Shown in pieces: positions 1 through 11,670 of a stretch of 64,000 bases of DNA (position 1 is the stretch's first letter; every line of letters begins with the position of its first letter). The DNA lies in assembly GCA_030324005.1 (NCBI GenBank), contig JARDVH010000163.1, positions 99,197,002 through 99,261,001 of the forward strand, read 5' to 3'. The DNA comes from Negaprion brevirostris (lineage: Eukaryota). The notes under the pieces are model-generated. The model was not told where the DNA came from. It saw only the letters and a list, made by a program, of their open reading frames with translations, and ran no database searches. Both the position numbers and the translations under genes were made by a program.

Positions 1-183
1 ACATGATCCAAGCTGATTGGAGTAGGTGTAGCTCCTCCTCCAAGGCTTGATCTAATTTGCATCTTAGCCAAAAAGCCGAGATGCCGCTTTTAAAAATTGC
101 TTCAAATTAAGCTAAAATGTAACCTGATGACTTCAACCAAGCACAGCATGTTGATACTACACTTGATCTTAGCCAAAATGCTG
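1..183 (-). mobile_element. U2 snRNA-headed retroelement or SINE-like fragment with two U2 5' segments; runs off the window's left edge
   Basis: 153-178 is the exact reverse complement of U2 nt 15-40 (TTTTGGCTAAGATCAAGTGTAGTATC). 61-84 matches the reverse complement of U2 nt 4-27 at 22/24. The sequence between and beyond them is non-U2. Confidence 0.7.
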
Positions 184-190
184 CATCAAT

Positions 191-603
191 CGGTCACTCG
201 TGTTCTTGCTGAATAACATTGGTTCCCCATTCCCCGAAGCTACACATTTAAAATACTCATTCTCACAACCACTTGTAACTTTGTTCCTTTGTATCTCGTT
301 ACCTTTAATTGCACCAGAACTCCATGTTCTTCCGAAATTTTGAGCATACCCTCCTTTTGCCTTGCAGTTTGTGGCTGAAAAATCTAGAAAGGCCATGCAC
401 TTTGGAATTCCTCCCATAGATCCTCTGCCTTTTCACCAGCCTGTCCAACTCCCAGTCGTCCTCCATGATCACCTTAAAAACTACCTCTTTGAAAAGGCTT
501 TTGTTCATCTTTCCTGTTCATTCTCTTTTGGCTTGATGTCTTTTTTGCTTAACTATACTTCTGTGAAATGCCTTGAGACATTGCTTCGTGTAAGCTGTTG
601 TTC
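191..603 (+). mobile_element. L2 LINE 3' end, decayed
   Basis: Decayed remnant of the L2 ORF2 C-terminus (HITPVLADLHWLP...FKILIL-like), then ctacctctttgaaaaggcttttg and an L2-type terminus gtgaaatgccttgagac...gctgttgtt. Confidence 0.65.
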
Positions 604-3600
604 AGCACACGTGGGCTGAGCGTTGCGTTGTGTCAGTGTTGGCGGTACCCACCAGGCAAATTCTGCAATCGATATCCTGTGCCAAGCAACTGGTTTTTAT
701 GGAGGAATCCCCATGTTTTAATACCCGTCGGCCGAGGCCTGTTTTGATCGGATTCAGGAAAGAAGCTGTTAGCTGAACAAGTTCCGGTTGAAGCTGCAGA
801 TTCTGAAAGGGATTTCCTCATCTCGGGCCTTTGCTGTTGCCACCCTGATAAGCCGAAGCCACACCAGCTGAACAAAGTGGAATCCTTTTGAATCATTGTT
901 ATGTTGTAGAAAGTAGCTGAAGGCAGCATGTAACAACACTTGGATTTAATGTCTTCCCACCAACAACAACATACAAGTAAATCTGCTCAACAGCTCAAGC
1001 AACCTGGATTATAAGTCATTAATATCACTGTTGCTGTTTCTCATCCACAGCTTTATTTTCCTCGTGATTTGTACATAAAATTGAAACTGGTTATTTTTTG
1101 TATAAACTGTTTATTTCTGTCCATTCCTTTACAATGTTCTTGAATTCCATTTTTTGGGGGGAAGATGGGGCTGACTGTGAAGTATGAACAAAACATTTTC
1201 GATTCTTTGACCACTTTATCTTGCTGCTATACATTTACTTATGTAACCTTCAAATGAGTATGCATTTGATCTCCTGAAGTCTTCTGCCCAAAGAACAATG
1301 AATTTGGAGTTCAACTGTGAGTTTTTATTTGAGTTTTTTTTTTGTTTTTATTCCAATTCAATCAAATCAAGCACAATTCAGAGTCTCAACAAATTGAGAC
1401 ATTCCCAATCTAGCTACTGTCTAATTCAGATCTGACTGATTTGCAGCAAGGTGATAATAATTGAAAGAATATCTCTAAAATCATGGTTACATTTGGTCCA
1501 TAAAGGGCTTAACAACTAAGCATCTACTCGGATACAGATTAGTTCCATGAGACAAAGCACCAAGTTGTAAACAGAGTTGTGTATTTTCTACTATCTACCC
1601 ATTATTAGAGCGAAGGTGCCATTAATATTTTCATCTTTAAATTTGCATACATTCATACTGTTTTAAGGTTTGTGATTTTATTTAAATTGAAGAAGAGCAT
1701 CTGATCTCCCATTGCGAATGTCTCTTCATCATAATACATTCTTATTCATTATGGTGTTCATACGTTGCACTGATTTCTGCATAGTACACATAGCAGCCAT
1801 TGAAATAATACACATGACTGGAATTAATGCCGCCCCTCTTAATAGAAAATGAATCATTTTCAAAAAATGATTATAATTCCAAGAAATTTAACTGAAAATA
1901 ATTTTTGACAGGGTGATATTTCTCTTTTCTTCAGTTGACAGTTCCATCCCTGTAGGTACCTCTCAGTATTCTTGGTTGAAAGAAAAGATGACCTGCTGCC
2001 AGGCCTCATTCAAGACTGCTGTGAAACCATTTACTTTTCTTCCCATGTAAGGCAGCAGCTATAGCAGCTCAACTGAGATTGTGAACTCGCTGTGTGAAGA
2101 CTAAACAAGTGTTCTAATGAATAGAGTTTTTTGTGAATCTAAAGCTTCAAATGGTTGTGTGTTGGTGCAAACTCCCAAGATGTTTCTGCATTCATATGCA
2201 TGAGCCTTAATAATGTAGGCATTATGTTTTGGTGCACATGTTTTCTTCTACATTCTTACTGTATGGTGTGAAGAATCCGTACAACTTGCAGACATGTTCA
2301 TAGATGCTGTCAATTCACCTTTTAACGAATGAAACATGATTTGAGCTAATACACTGGCAAAACTTTAGCACCATTTCTCTTTTCTCTCAACAGCAAACAT
2401 CAGTTCAGCCTTTGATAATTTACATTTAAGTTTCTGAATTGACAATCCAGGCCTTGACTGACCTTCACCTCCCACTTCCTTTACACTCCCTTCCCAATCA
2501 GCATAAAGGCAACCTGTAACAGACTCAAAATGTTTATGGAATTTGTTGAAGGACATAACTGCTTGACTACTTCCTTATTTGATATATAAGGCCAATTAGC
2601 ACAGTAATGACTAAAATGGGTTTTGCAATTTATTGTGCTTTTTGGATAATAATTATAGCGAAACCGTTGTTGAATTTCTTTCTGTTGCTAGATCATTCTG
2701 TGCTGGCTTGTTGTCGAGGTGTGTGAATGCTCACCAAGATTCAGTCCTGCCAGTATTGCAATCAGAAATTGTCTTTGACAGAGTTGAAGAAAGTGATTGT
2801 GTCAAAGAATTGGGGAGTTCTTGTTCTTTGCTATTTCAGTCACATTTGAGGAACCGTTCAGTTTAAATTGCAATTATTGATTCTTCCATTATATCGGAAT
2901 TTCCTGAAAGGTTTTTGTTGTCAGTGAACAATTCTGTAAAGAGAAACATAGTGAGGATTGTTGGATGTCATCTCTTGGGTTGAAATCTGTACTAAGCTCT
3001 GCATGGACACTTGCTTCAGCAGTTAAGATTTGAAAGTTTTTTTTGCATCTTATTTCGCTGCCGCTATTAAAAGCTCAATTTCTTGACCTGTAGTTTTGAC
3101 ACTCCTTAAATACCATGCAAGCTGCAAGTTGTTGAGGAAGCTTGGGAAATTACACAATTGAATTTATGATATAACCTTTAATTGAAAAAATGCAAACTGC
3201 ATATCTTTGGAGTGACATGTAACTCACATATCATAAATTTTTAAAATCAATTTTAGAAAGAGAACTTTCAAAACAATTTGACGATTTAAAAGTGCAAGTC
3301 ATTAATATACTTTTACAATGTCCTGAACTCAGTCTGATTTCTGTATTGTTCTATGCAACCAGGGTGGCAGAACCTGCCCAAGATCTGCAGTTCAGTATAA
3401 GTCACGCAATTAGGTATAGGTATGAAAGACCATTTGACTCATGCATGCAGAAAGAAACGGCAGCCCATCCATTTCAAAGCATTAATCTTTTTCTTGAAAA
3501 ATACTTTTCCTTTTGCCTCCGATTAGCAGATTAATCCATTTTATCGATAAGCAAATCCCATATATTCTTCACTTTTGTGTGAAGGAGAGAATCCTGACAA

Positions 3601-3968
3601 TTCTAATTTTGCTTTGCACTATTTGAGCAAATGTTCCCTTGTCTGCATGGCATAGTTGGACTTGAAGGAGTGGGTTAGATTCTTCATTTGTCAGTCACGT
3701 AACTTTTTAAATAAATACACCCTGATTCAGCCAAGTACTTTCAAGACTGAAAATCCCTAGTTTTAGCTAAGCTTGCTGATACTAGAAATTAGTCTGATAC
3801 CTCTTTGCAGTGCTGCCGGCCTTGAATTTCTTGCATATTGTTTATTGATCAGAGATCAACACACCACGCAGTATGATCTGTGCAAGAGGTGTCTTGGAAT
3901 CCGTATGGTTGCTCCCACCATCGCCTCAGTGAATTAAAAAAAAACAAAGCTTGATATTGATATTATGA

Positions 3969-4567
3969 AGAGGCTGTGGTGTAGTGGTATTGTCACTGGA
4001 CTAGTAACCCAGAGACCCAGGGTAATGCTGTTGGGACCTGGATTTGAATCCCAGCAAGTAGCAGATGGTGAAATTTGAATTTAATAAAAATCTGGAATTA
4101 AAAGTCTCATGATGACCTTGAAACCAGTGTCAATTGTTGTGAAAACACCTGGTTCACTAACGTCGTTTAAGGAAGGAAATCTGCTGTCTTTGCCTGGTCC
4201 CGGACACGCGTCCTTTGTTTGAACAGAGGGGAGTACGGTAGGATGAGGGAAGAATTGGCGAATGTTGACTGGNNNNNNNNNNNNNNNNNNNNNNNNNNNN
4301 NNNNNNNNNNNNNNNNNNNNNNNNNNNNNNNNNNNNNNNNNNNNNNNNNNNNNNNNNNNNNNNNNNNNNNNNGCAGGCTCCAAGGGCTAGATGGCCTACT
4401 CCTGCTCCTATTTCTTATGTTCTTATTATGTTCTATGTGCGACTCCAGGTCCACAGTCATGTGGTTGACTCTTAATTCCCCTCTGAAGCGGCCTGGCAAA
4501 CTATTCATTTCAAGGGCAATTAGCGATAGGCACAGCCAGTGCCATCCACATCATGAATAAAAATAAA
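3969..4567 (+). mobile_element. tRNA-derived SINE (called family B here), interrupted by a CR1 insertion
   Basis: A-box-like tggtgtagtgg and B-box-like gatttgaatccc. Body (aatctggaattaaaagtct...ctggttcactaa...ggaaggaaatctg) and tail (aagggcaattag...catgaataaaa) are shared with copies at 6757, 11295, 40912 and 53100. Confidence 0.8.
4212..4433 (+). mobile_element. Young 5'-truncated CR1 LINE spanning an N gap
   Basis: Left of the gap encodes LCLNRGEYGRMREELANVDW, resembling the CR1 ORF2 EN-RT linker. Right of the gap is a CR1 3' end (gatggcctactcctgctcctatttcttatgttctta). Confidence 0.75.
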
Positions 4568-4981
4568 TACAATCAACTATAAATTATGTAATGGAGACAA
4601 TCTGGACTCTTGATTGCTGTATTTCTGCAGCTTCTGGTCCTGGATCTCCAAAATCAGTATAGTCTAAACCAGTTCTCTTGTGATGATGATGGAAGTTGGC
4701 CAGTATGGTACACAGTCATGAAATGTGCAAAATGTGCCAGTAGTCCTGTGGTACGCACTTTGAGAGTAATATCTTTTATTTTCATTTGGGAAATGATTGT
4801 CCCTGTGTAACAGTTTTTAATTCTGAATTTTGGTTGTACAGAGGGGTTGATTTTAATGTTATCTGGCAGCCTCACAGCAACATATAATGAGACTTCAAAT
4901 TATTCAGTAATTTTAAAAGTAAGCTAATGTACACATTTTAACTGCGAGGAAGATAAAGTTTAGGCAAAGTATTGTGCTTTG

Positions 4982-6110
4982 TTTTATTTGTTCATAGCAT
5001 TTAGGCATGACCAGCATTTATTGTCCGTTTCTAATTGCTCATGAACTGCCTCTTGAACTGTTGCAGCTTGTGTGGTACAGATACACCCATTGTTTTGGTG
5101 AATAGGATGTTCCAGGTTTTTGACCCAGTAATAATGAAGGAGCAGCAATGTCGTTCCAAGACAGAATGATGCCTGACTTGGAGGGGAACTTGCAGTTGCT
5201 GCCGTTCCCGTACGCTTGCTGCTGTGAATGTTGCCTCAGATCTGGAACGTAGCTTTTTTGGCTATGTTTGGATCAAGGCTGTATTGATGTCTGTGGCTTT
5301 GTCTATTGTGACATCATGTGAATGCTATTTTAATGCAAAGGTGCTCAGCAGAGCAAGGGTTAATGTGGGACTGAAGAATAGCACCAGTCACAATATAACA
5401 CACAGGTCCTGGTTTCATTGGCACGCCCATCCCAGAATTGGGATGGGTGAGGCTCACAAAACGGACGGGCGTGCCAATAAAATTGTGGCCATAGAGTCAC
5501 ATTATAAAAGACTCTGGGAGAACTGTCCAGAGAGAACGCTTGAGCAACAGCCTACCTGCATGGCAGTGACACTATGCAAGACAGTAATCTGGGATCTGTA
5601 AATAGTTGAATATTGCCATGAAATGTTTCATGTTTAATTATGAGTTTCAAGATCACAGCACTGAGACATCTAAAGAGCCCGTATCACAACAAAGTAGCCT
5701 GAGTGGAACCCAAACTAACCAGGTTGCTGACAAGTAAGTGCCACTATGTAGCACTGTCGCCACCACCTCCCAAGACTTTGTTGATGATTGAGAGTAGAAT
5801 GATGGGGTGGTAATTGACTAAATGTGATATGCCTTCAGTTTTGTGGAACGATGTACTTGGGCAATTTTCAATGTTAGCAGGTAGCTCCCAGTGTAATAAT
5901 AACTGCAATGGAACAACTGGCTGGAGGTATGGCTAGTTCTGGAGCATTAGTCTTCAATACCACACTGGTGTGTTGTGAGGACCTCTAACCTTTTGCTTTA
6001 TGCAATATGCTTAGCTATTTTTTTGTTGGTATGTGGAATGAAAACTGTTATCTTTGATGCTGGGGACCTTGGAAGGAGGCCAAGATGGCTCATCCACTCG
6101 ACTACACTTC
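4982..6110 (-). mobile_element. CR1/L2-group LINE remnant (partner of SINE family B), in pieces
   Basis: 4982-5225 is the reversed 3' end with the family-B tail. About 5690-6010 reverse-translates to a decayed RT N-terminus (GPDN..VLKT.APELA.P...NY.PI.LLSII.KV...FGF-like). Confidence 0.65.
5405..5490. mobile_element. Palindromic MITE-like element
   Basis: Outer inverted repeat TTGGCACGCCCATCC / GGACGGGCGTGCCAA (14/15) and inner perfect hairpin CCCATCCCA-gaat-TGGGATGGG. Confidence 0.55.
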
Positions 6111-6327
6111 TGCCCTGCGCTATGCTATAAGACTTGAGCTGTTGAGTGTCTGGTCTGCTGCTCTATTGCTTACATGGTATTATAAAACAATTTGTATCAG
6201 CTTATGGCCCTTTCCTTACCACTGCAATTCCCTGTTGACTTGTGCTGGACCAACTGGAATTACTGGTTTATTAGCTTCAGTTACAGTTTCCTTCCTGTCT
6301 AGAATTCCGCTCTGTTGGGCTGAAGTG

Positions 6328-6581
6328 AGGGTGGCACAGTGGTTAGCACTGCTGCCTCACAGCGCCAGGGACCTGGGTTCGATTCCCGGCTTGGGACACC
6401 ATTTGGTTTGCACATCCTCCCCGTGCTCTGGTTTTCTCCCACAGTCCAAAGATGTGCAGGCTAGGTGAACTGACCATGCTAAATTGTCCTTTAGTGTCAG
6501 GGGGACTAGCTTGATTAAATGCATAGGGATATGGGGATAGGGGCTGGGTGGAATTGTGGTTGGTGCAGACTCAATGGGCTG
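6328..6581 (+). mobile_element. HE1-type V-SINE, internally deleted, ending at a gap
   Basis: tRNA head gtggcacagtggttagcactgctgcctcac...gggttcgattccc, V-domain tcccacagtccaaagatgtgcagg, tail ggtgcagactcaatggg. Confidence 0.85.
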
Positions 6582-6756
6582 NNNNNNNNNNNNNNNNNNN
6601 NNNNNNNNNNNNNNNNNNNNNNNNNNNNNNNNNNNNNNNNNNNNNNNNNNNNNNNNNNNNNNNNNNNNNNNNNNNNNNNNNNNNNNNNNNNNNNNNNNNN
6701 NNNNNNNNNNNNNNNNNNNNNNNNNNNNNNNNNNNNNNNNNNNNNNNNNNNNNNNN

Positions 6757-7092
6757 GGAGTGGTGGTATTGTGGCTGGGCTAGTAATCTAGAGACCCAGG
6801 GTAGGGTTCTGGGGATCCAGGTTCAAACCTCATCACGCAGATGTTAAAATTTGAATTCAATAGAAAAAAGTCTAATGATGACCAAGAAACCTTTGTTGAC
6901 TACGGTAAAATCCCATCTGGTTCACTAATGCCCTTTGGGGAAGGAAATCAGTCATCCTTATTGGGTCTAGCCTGTATGTGACTCCAGATCCACAGCAACC
7001 TGATTGACTCTTAAACGCCCTCTGAAATGGCTCAATTCAGCGCAGTTGGGATGGGCAATAAATACAGACTCAGCCAGAGACATACACATCCT
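6757..7092 (+). mobile_element. tRNA-derived SINE family B
   Basis: Collinear with the 3969 copy (tagtaatctagagacccagggt...ctggttcactaatg...gactccagatccacagca...gggatgggcaataaat). Confidence 0.8.
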
Positions 7093-9559
7093 TAGTACCT
7101 TATGAACTTCAAGCTACACATCTCTCCAGATTTGGATAACTATTGATGCTCCATGCTGACTCTACTCCTACCTGCATCAGACTCATCCCCATATAGGACT
7201 TATGACTAATTCTGGACTCTCTCCACTTTCTTTTTTCTGTTTACCACCAGGGTATATGTCTCTCAATCAATGCTATATAAAGAGGACCAGGTAGTTTGAG
7301 AGCTGCCCACGTGCAGTTATGTGCATTTTGGCTGCAGTTCTGAGCATATCACTTTCATTCCTTCATTTCCACCATAAATTTTCCTTTTTCATTTTACTTC
7401 TTACCCCTGCACCTCACTCCCTGTGCTATCTCCCACCCTGGATGACAAATTTTCAGTACGATTGCTGGAATATTGTCAGGGTCCAATGCCTTTGCAGTAT
7501 CTGGTGCCTTCACGACAAAAAGTGGCTAGCCCTCAAGCGTTCACCATAATGCCGGAAAGTGGTAGACAAAATCTCAGTAAAAACATCCCATCACATCCAC
7601 TGTTATTGCAAAAAACCATCTGGGTTCCAAGCAATATTTGTAAATCACAGTGACTGATAAAATTGAAATGGATGGGAGAGAAGTTGATGCTAGCTTAAGT
7701 TTTAAGAGAGTGGATAGTGAGGGTAAGAATGAACAAAGATATGTATTGTACAGTTTGAAGAGCTTGGAAGAAATGAGTTTAATTTAGGAAATCATTATTG
7801 ATTTTGTCAAGTGCGAATGAAGGGAAAATGAACTATGTTTAGGATGTGGANNNNNNNNNNNNNNNNNNNNNNNNNNNNNNNNNNNNNNNNNNNNNNNNNN
7901 NNNNNNNNNNNNNNNNNNNNNNNNNNNNNNNNNNNNNNNNNNNNNNNNNNNNNNNNNNNNNNNNNNNNNNNNNNNNNNNNNNNNNNNNNNNNNNNNNNNN
8001 NNNNNNNNNNNNNNNNNNNNNNNNNNNNNNNNNNNNNNNNNNNNNNNNNNNNNNNNNNNNNNNNNNNNNNNNNNNNNNNNNNNNNNNNNNNNNNNNNNNN
8101 NNNNNNNNNNNNNNNNNNNNNNNNNNNNNNNNNNNNNNNNNNNNNNNNNNNNNNNNNNNNNNNNNNNNNNNNNTGAGCAATGAGAATGGAGAATGGTGTA
8201 TGGGGTGGATTTGGAGAGGGAGTTACTTGGGCGTAATGAATAATGAAGTCTTTTAAGGACAACTTTTAGAAGAACATCACCTGATATCCAGTGGTGTTTC
8301 AGCAATATACCTCGAAGTTATTTGTGCCTGTGCCTTTAGATGAGATTGCTATTTTCTGATCAATTCAGTTACTCTTTGGAGGACAATACATTTTTCAGAA
8401 ATTTGGAAAACTGATTGATAGTTGTCCAATGACATATCTTCAGATTTTCTGTTTCCTTTTATAGTCCTCTCACCTACATCACAGCATTTCAGTTATCCTT
8501 TATGTGTACATTATAGACCATTAAACATTAAACTTAATAAATGTGATATTTCTTATAGAAGTAGCAGGTACTGAGCCAGAAATTCAGGTTCCAGCATCTA
8601 CCGACATTCATAAATTGCTGCAAGTTCATTCTTGTGGTTTGTGATGCCATCAGGACCATTTGATTGATTTATTGCTGTGTAACTCACCGGCAGCTATGTA
8701 TTATTATCGCTTAAATAGTTTGCTGACAAATCTCTGATCTCAGATAGTACAGCTCCTTTATCAAATGGCAAACAACGAGTCCTCTCCCACTGTGAAAATC
8801 CTGTCAGCTTCAGCGCAAACACTGATTTGAGTGTATGCGACGATTAGCTGCTGATGTGTTGTTAGCAAGGGTATTTGCTTTTGATTCAAATAATAGTTTA
8901 ATTGATGATTTTTAAACCCTCTACTATCCCAAACTGAAGCCAATATTATGGCAGCAGCTGTCAGCACAGCAAGGGTAATTGACAAGATGCAGGTTTTGCA
9001 AAATTGATTTCTGATGGTGTTTATATTAAGCTGTCCTTAGCAATAAGGAGCTTGGTTTTATCATTGGCACACTGTTCCTGATGGCTGATCCGGAAGAGTG
9101 CGTCACTTCCACTCTCTCTCTCTCTTTCCTGTTTCCCACACAATTCTGATTGAATTGTAAAGTGCGGGTGGGAGATGCATGTGATTCTGTGGCAGGGGAT
9201 ACTCTTCAGTGGTGAAAACCTGCTGTTGGCTGACCTTGCTGCCACTATTGTGCTCTCAAGTTTTATGTTAGTTGCAAAGGAGTTGGGCAGGAAAGTTTTG
9301 GCCATGATGCACAGCCTCCCTGTTTGGCCAGAGGCTCTTTTATAGCCCACATTACTTTCCACATCCCTGACTCAATTCCACGCCTCTGTCCTCACCACTG
9401 ATTAACACTCAGTGCATCCTGACACTCCATCAAACTACCATTCTCCTGCTTCCTTGTTCTGTCGTAAAGTTCAACAAGAGAAACTACTGGCCTTGCATGT
9501 AACTGAACAAACCTGAATCATTGCACATCAGCTTGAACCAAATGTGATGTAAAATCGAA

Positions 9560-10869
9560 GAAAGTAGGTGCAGAAGTGGGCCATTTGGCCCTTCGAGTCT
9601 GCACCACTATTCAATATGATCATGGTTGATCACGCACTTTCAATATCCCACTCCCGCTTTCCATACCCTTTGATCCCTTTAGTCGTAAGAGCCACGTTGA
9701 GCTCCCTCTTGAACATATCTAATGAACTGGCCCCAACAAAATTCCACAGGTTCAGGTCACAATTCTGAGTAAAGAAATTCTTCCTCATATCGGTCCTGAA
9801 TAGTTTAGACTATGAGCTCCAGCTCTGCACTTCCCCAGCATCAGGAACATTCTTCCTGCAACTAACCTGTCCAATCCCATCATGATTTTATATGTTTATG
9901 AGATCCTATCTTATTCTCCTAAATTCCAATGGGCACAAGCCCAGCCAATCCAGTCTCTCTTCATATGTCAGTCCTGTTATTCCAGGCATCGTCCGGTGAA
10001 CCCTTACCTCTCTTAATAGCAAGAATGTCCTTTCTCAGGCTAGGAGACCAAAATTGCACACAATACTCAAGGTGTGGCCTCAGCAAGGTCCTTTACAACT
10101 GCAACAAACGTCTTTACTCCTGTACTCAAATTCTCTTTCTATGCACGGCAGCATGCCGTTAGCTTTCCTCATCACCTGCTTACCTGTGTGCCAAGCTTTA
10201 GCAACTGTTCCACCCTGACACCCAGTCCACATTGCACTTCCCCTTTTCCTAAACTGCCACCTTTCAGATAATCTTCTTTCCTGTTTTTGCTACCAAAATG
10301 GATAATCTCACATATATCCACATTATATTGTATTAGCCAACTCAGCAGCCTGTCCAAGTCAGCCTGCAATCTCTTGGCATCTTCCTCAACACACACTGTC
10401 ACCCAACTTAATGTTGTCTGCAACTTTGGAGATTTGCATTCAATTCCTACTTCAAAATCATTAATATATATTGTGAATAGCTATAGTCCCAACACTCAAT
10501 TCTAGGGTAGTCCACTAATCACTGCCTGCCACTCTAAAAAGAACCCATTTATTCCCACTCTCTGCCTCCTGTTTGTCAATCAGTTCTCTGTCCATGTTAA
10601 TACATCACCACTACACCATGAGCTTTAATTTTGTTCACTAATCTCTTGCGTGGGATTTTGTCAAAAGCCTTTTGAAAGTCCAGATATACAATAACCAGTG
10701 GTTCACTCTTGCCCATTCTACTGGTCGTGTCCTCAAAAAATTCTAGAAGATTTGTCAAGCACCATTTCCCTTTAGTGAATCCATGCCAACTTGGACTGAT
10801 CCTGTCACCACTTTCCCAATGCTCAGTTATTACATCTTTAATAATTGACTCCAGCATTTTCCCCACCAC
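9560..10869 (-). mobile_element. CR1 (HER1-like) LINE, RT domain to 3' end, frameshifted
   Basis: ORFs 10597-10869 (VGKMLESIIKD...HGFTKGKWCLTNLLEFFE...VYLDFQKAFDK) and 10172-10423 (LQADLDRL...CEIIHFG) are CR1 RT motifs. CR1 3' tail at about 9560-9640. Confidence 0.92.
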
Positions 10870-11294
10870 AAGATTTTTGTGAGCTACTGACTTTATCTTG
10901 AAGGTAGGACCCTATTAAAAGAAGTTAGACACTAATGAATATCCATGCATGCAAATATATTAAATGTACAAACCTGCTACAGGCTGGATAAGGCCCGACA
11001 TGTACAATACTGACTATATCTCTGCATCTCAACCTACTAATGGGAAATTGAAATTTTGTGTCCTGCCTCATTCAGTCACCCTGCACGCCATTGTTTCTCT
11101 TTTTGAGGGCTCCATAAAATCCCCCCATGATTTTCCTTTTTTGGTCTGTGCCTGGAAGTGTATCTGAGCAGCAGTAGATGGAAATGTTGCAAGTTGTATT
11201 TTACAGACTTTTTTCTGCTTACGCTTGATACAATTCATAGAAGTCATAGTTGATTTGATCAATATTGTAACAGTATTGTATTCTAATTGGAAAT

Positions 11295-11670
11295 GATAGT
11301 GTGGTGGTAATGCCAACTGGACTAGTAATCCAGAGGCCCAGGCTATGTTCTGGGGCTTGAGTTCAAATCCCACCGCGGCAGTTGGTGCAATTCAGTTAAT
11401 GAATCTGGGATATAATGCAGGTCTCAGTAATGATGGCCATGACAACCATCATAGATTATTTGCTAATGTAATTCAGGAAAGAAAACTGCCACCTTTACCT
11501 AATCTGGCCTACATGGCACTCCAGACCCATAAGTAATCTGGTTCAATTTTAAATGTCCTCTGCAAAGACTCAGCAAGCCACTTGAAGACAAAGGTTGGAC
11601 AACAATTGCTGGACAACAGTTGCTGGTCTTGCCTATGATGCTCACGTCCCATGAAAGAATGAAGAAAAAA
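11295..11670 (+). mobile_element. tRNA-derived SINE family B, older copy
   Basis: ggactagtaatccagaggcccagg...gagttcaaatcccacc (B box)...ctccagacccat...cgtcccatgaaagaatgaagaaaaaa. Confidence 0.75.

Noticed and set aside
123-160. Hammerhead from CTGATGA at about 124-130
   Set aside because: A TCAAC/GTTGA stem follows, but there is no GAAA core.
153-178. Functional U2 snRNA gene
   Set aside because: Only nt 15-40 match. The Sm site and 3' stem-loops are absent, and the 5' end is decayed.
7784-8305. Long ORFs in the ORF track
   Set aside because: They are open only because they run through N gaps.
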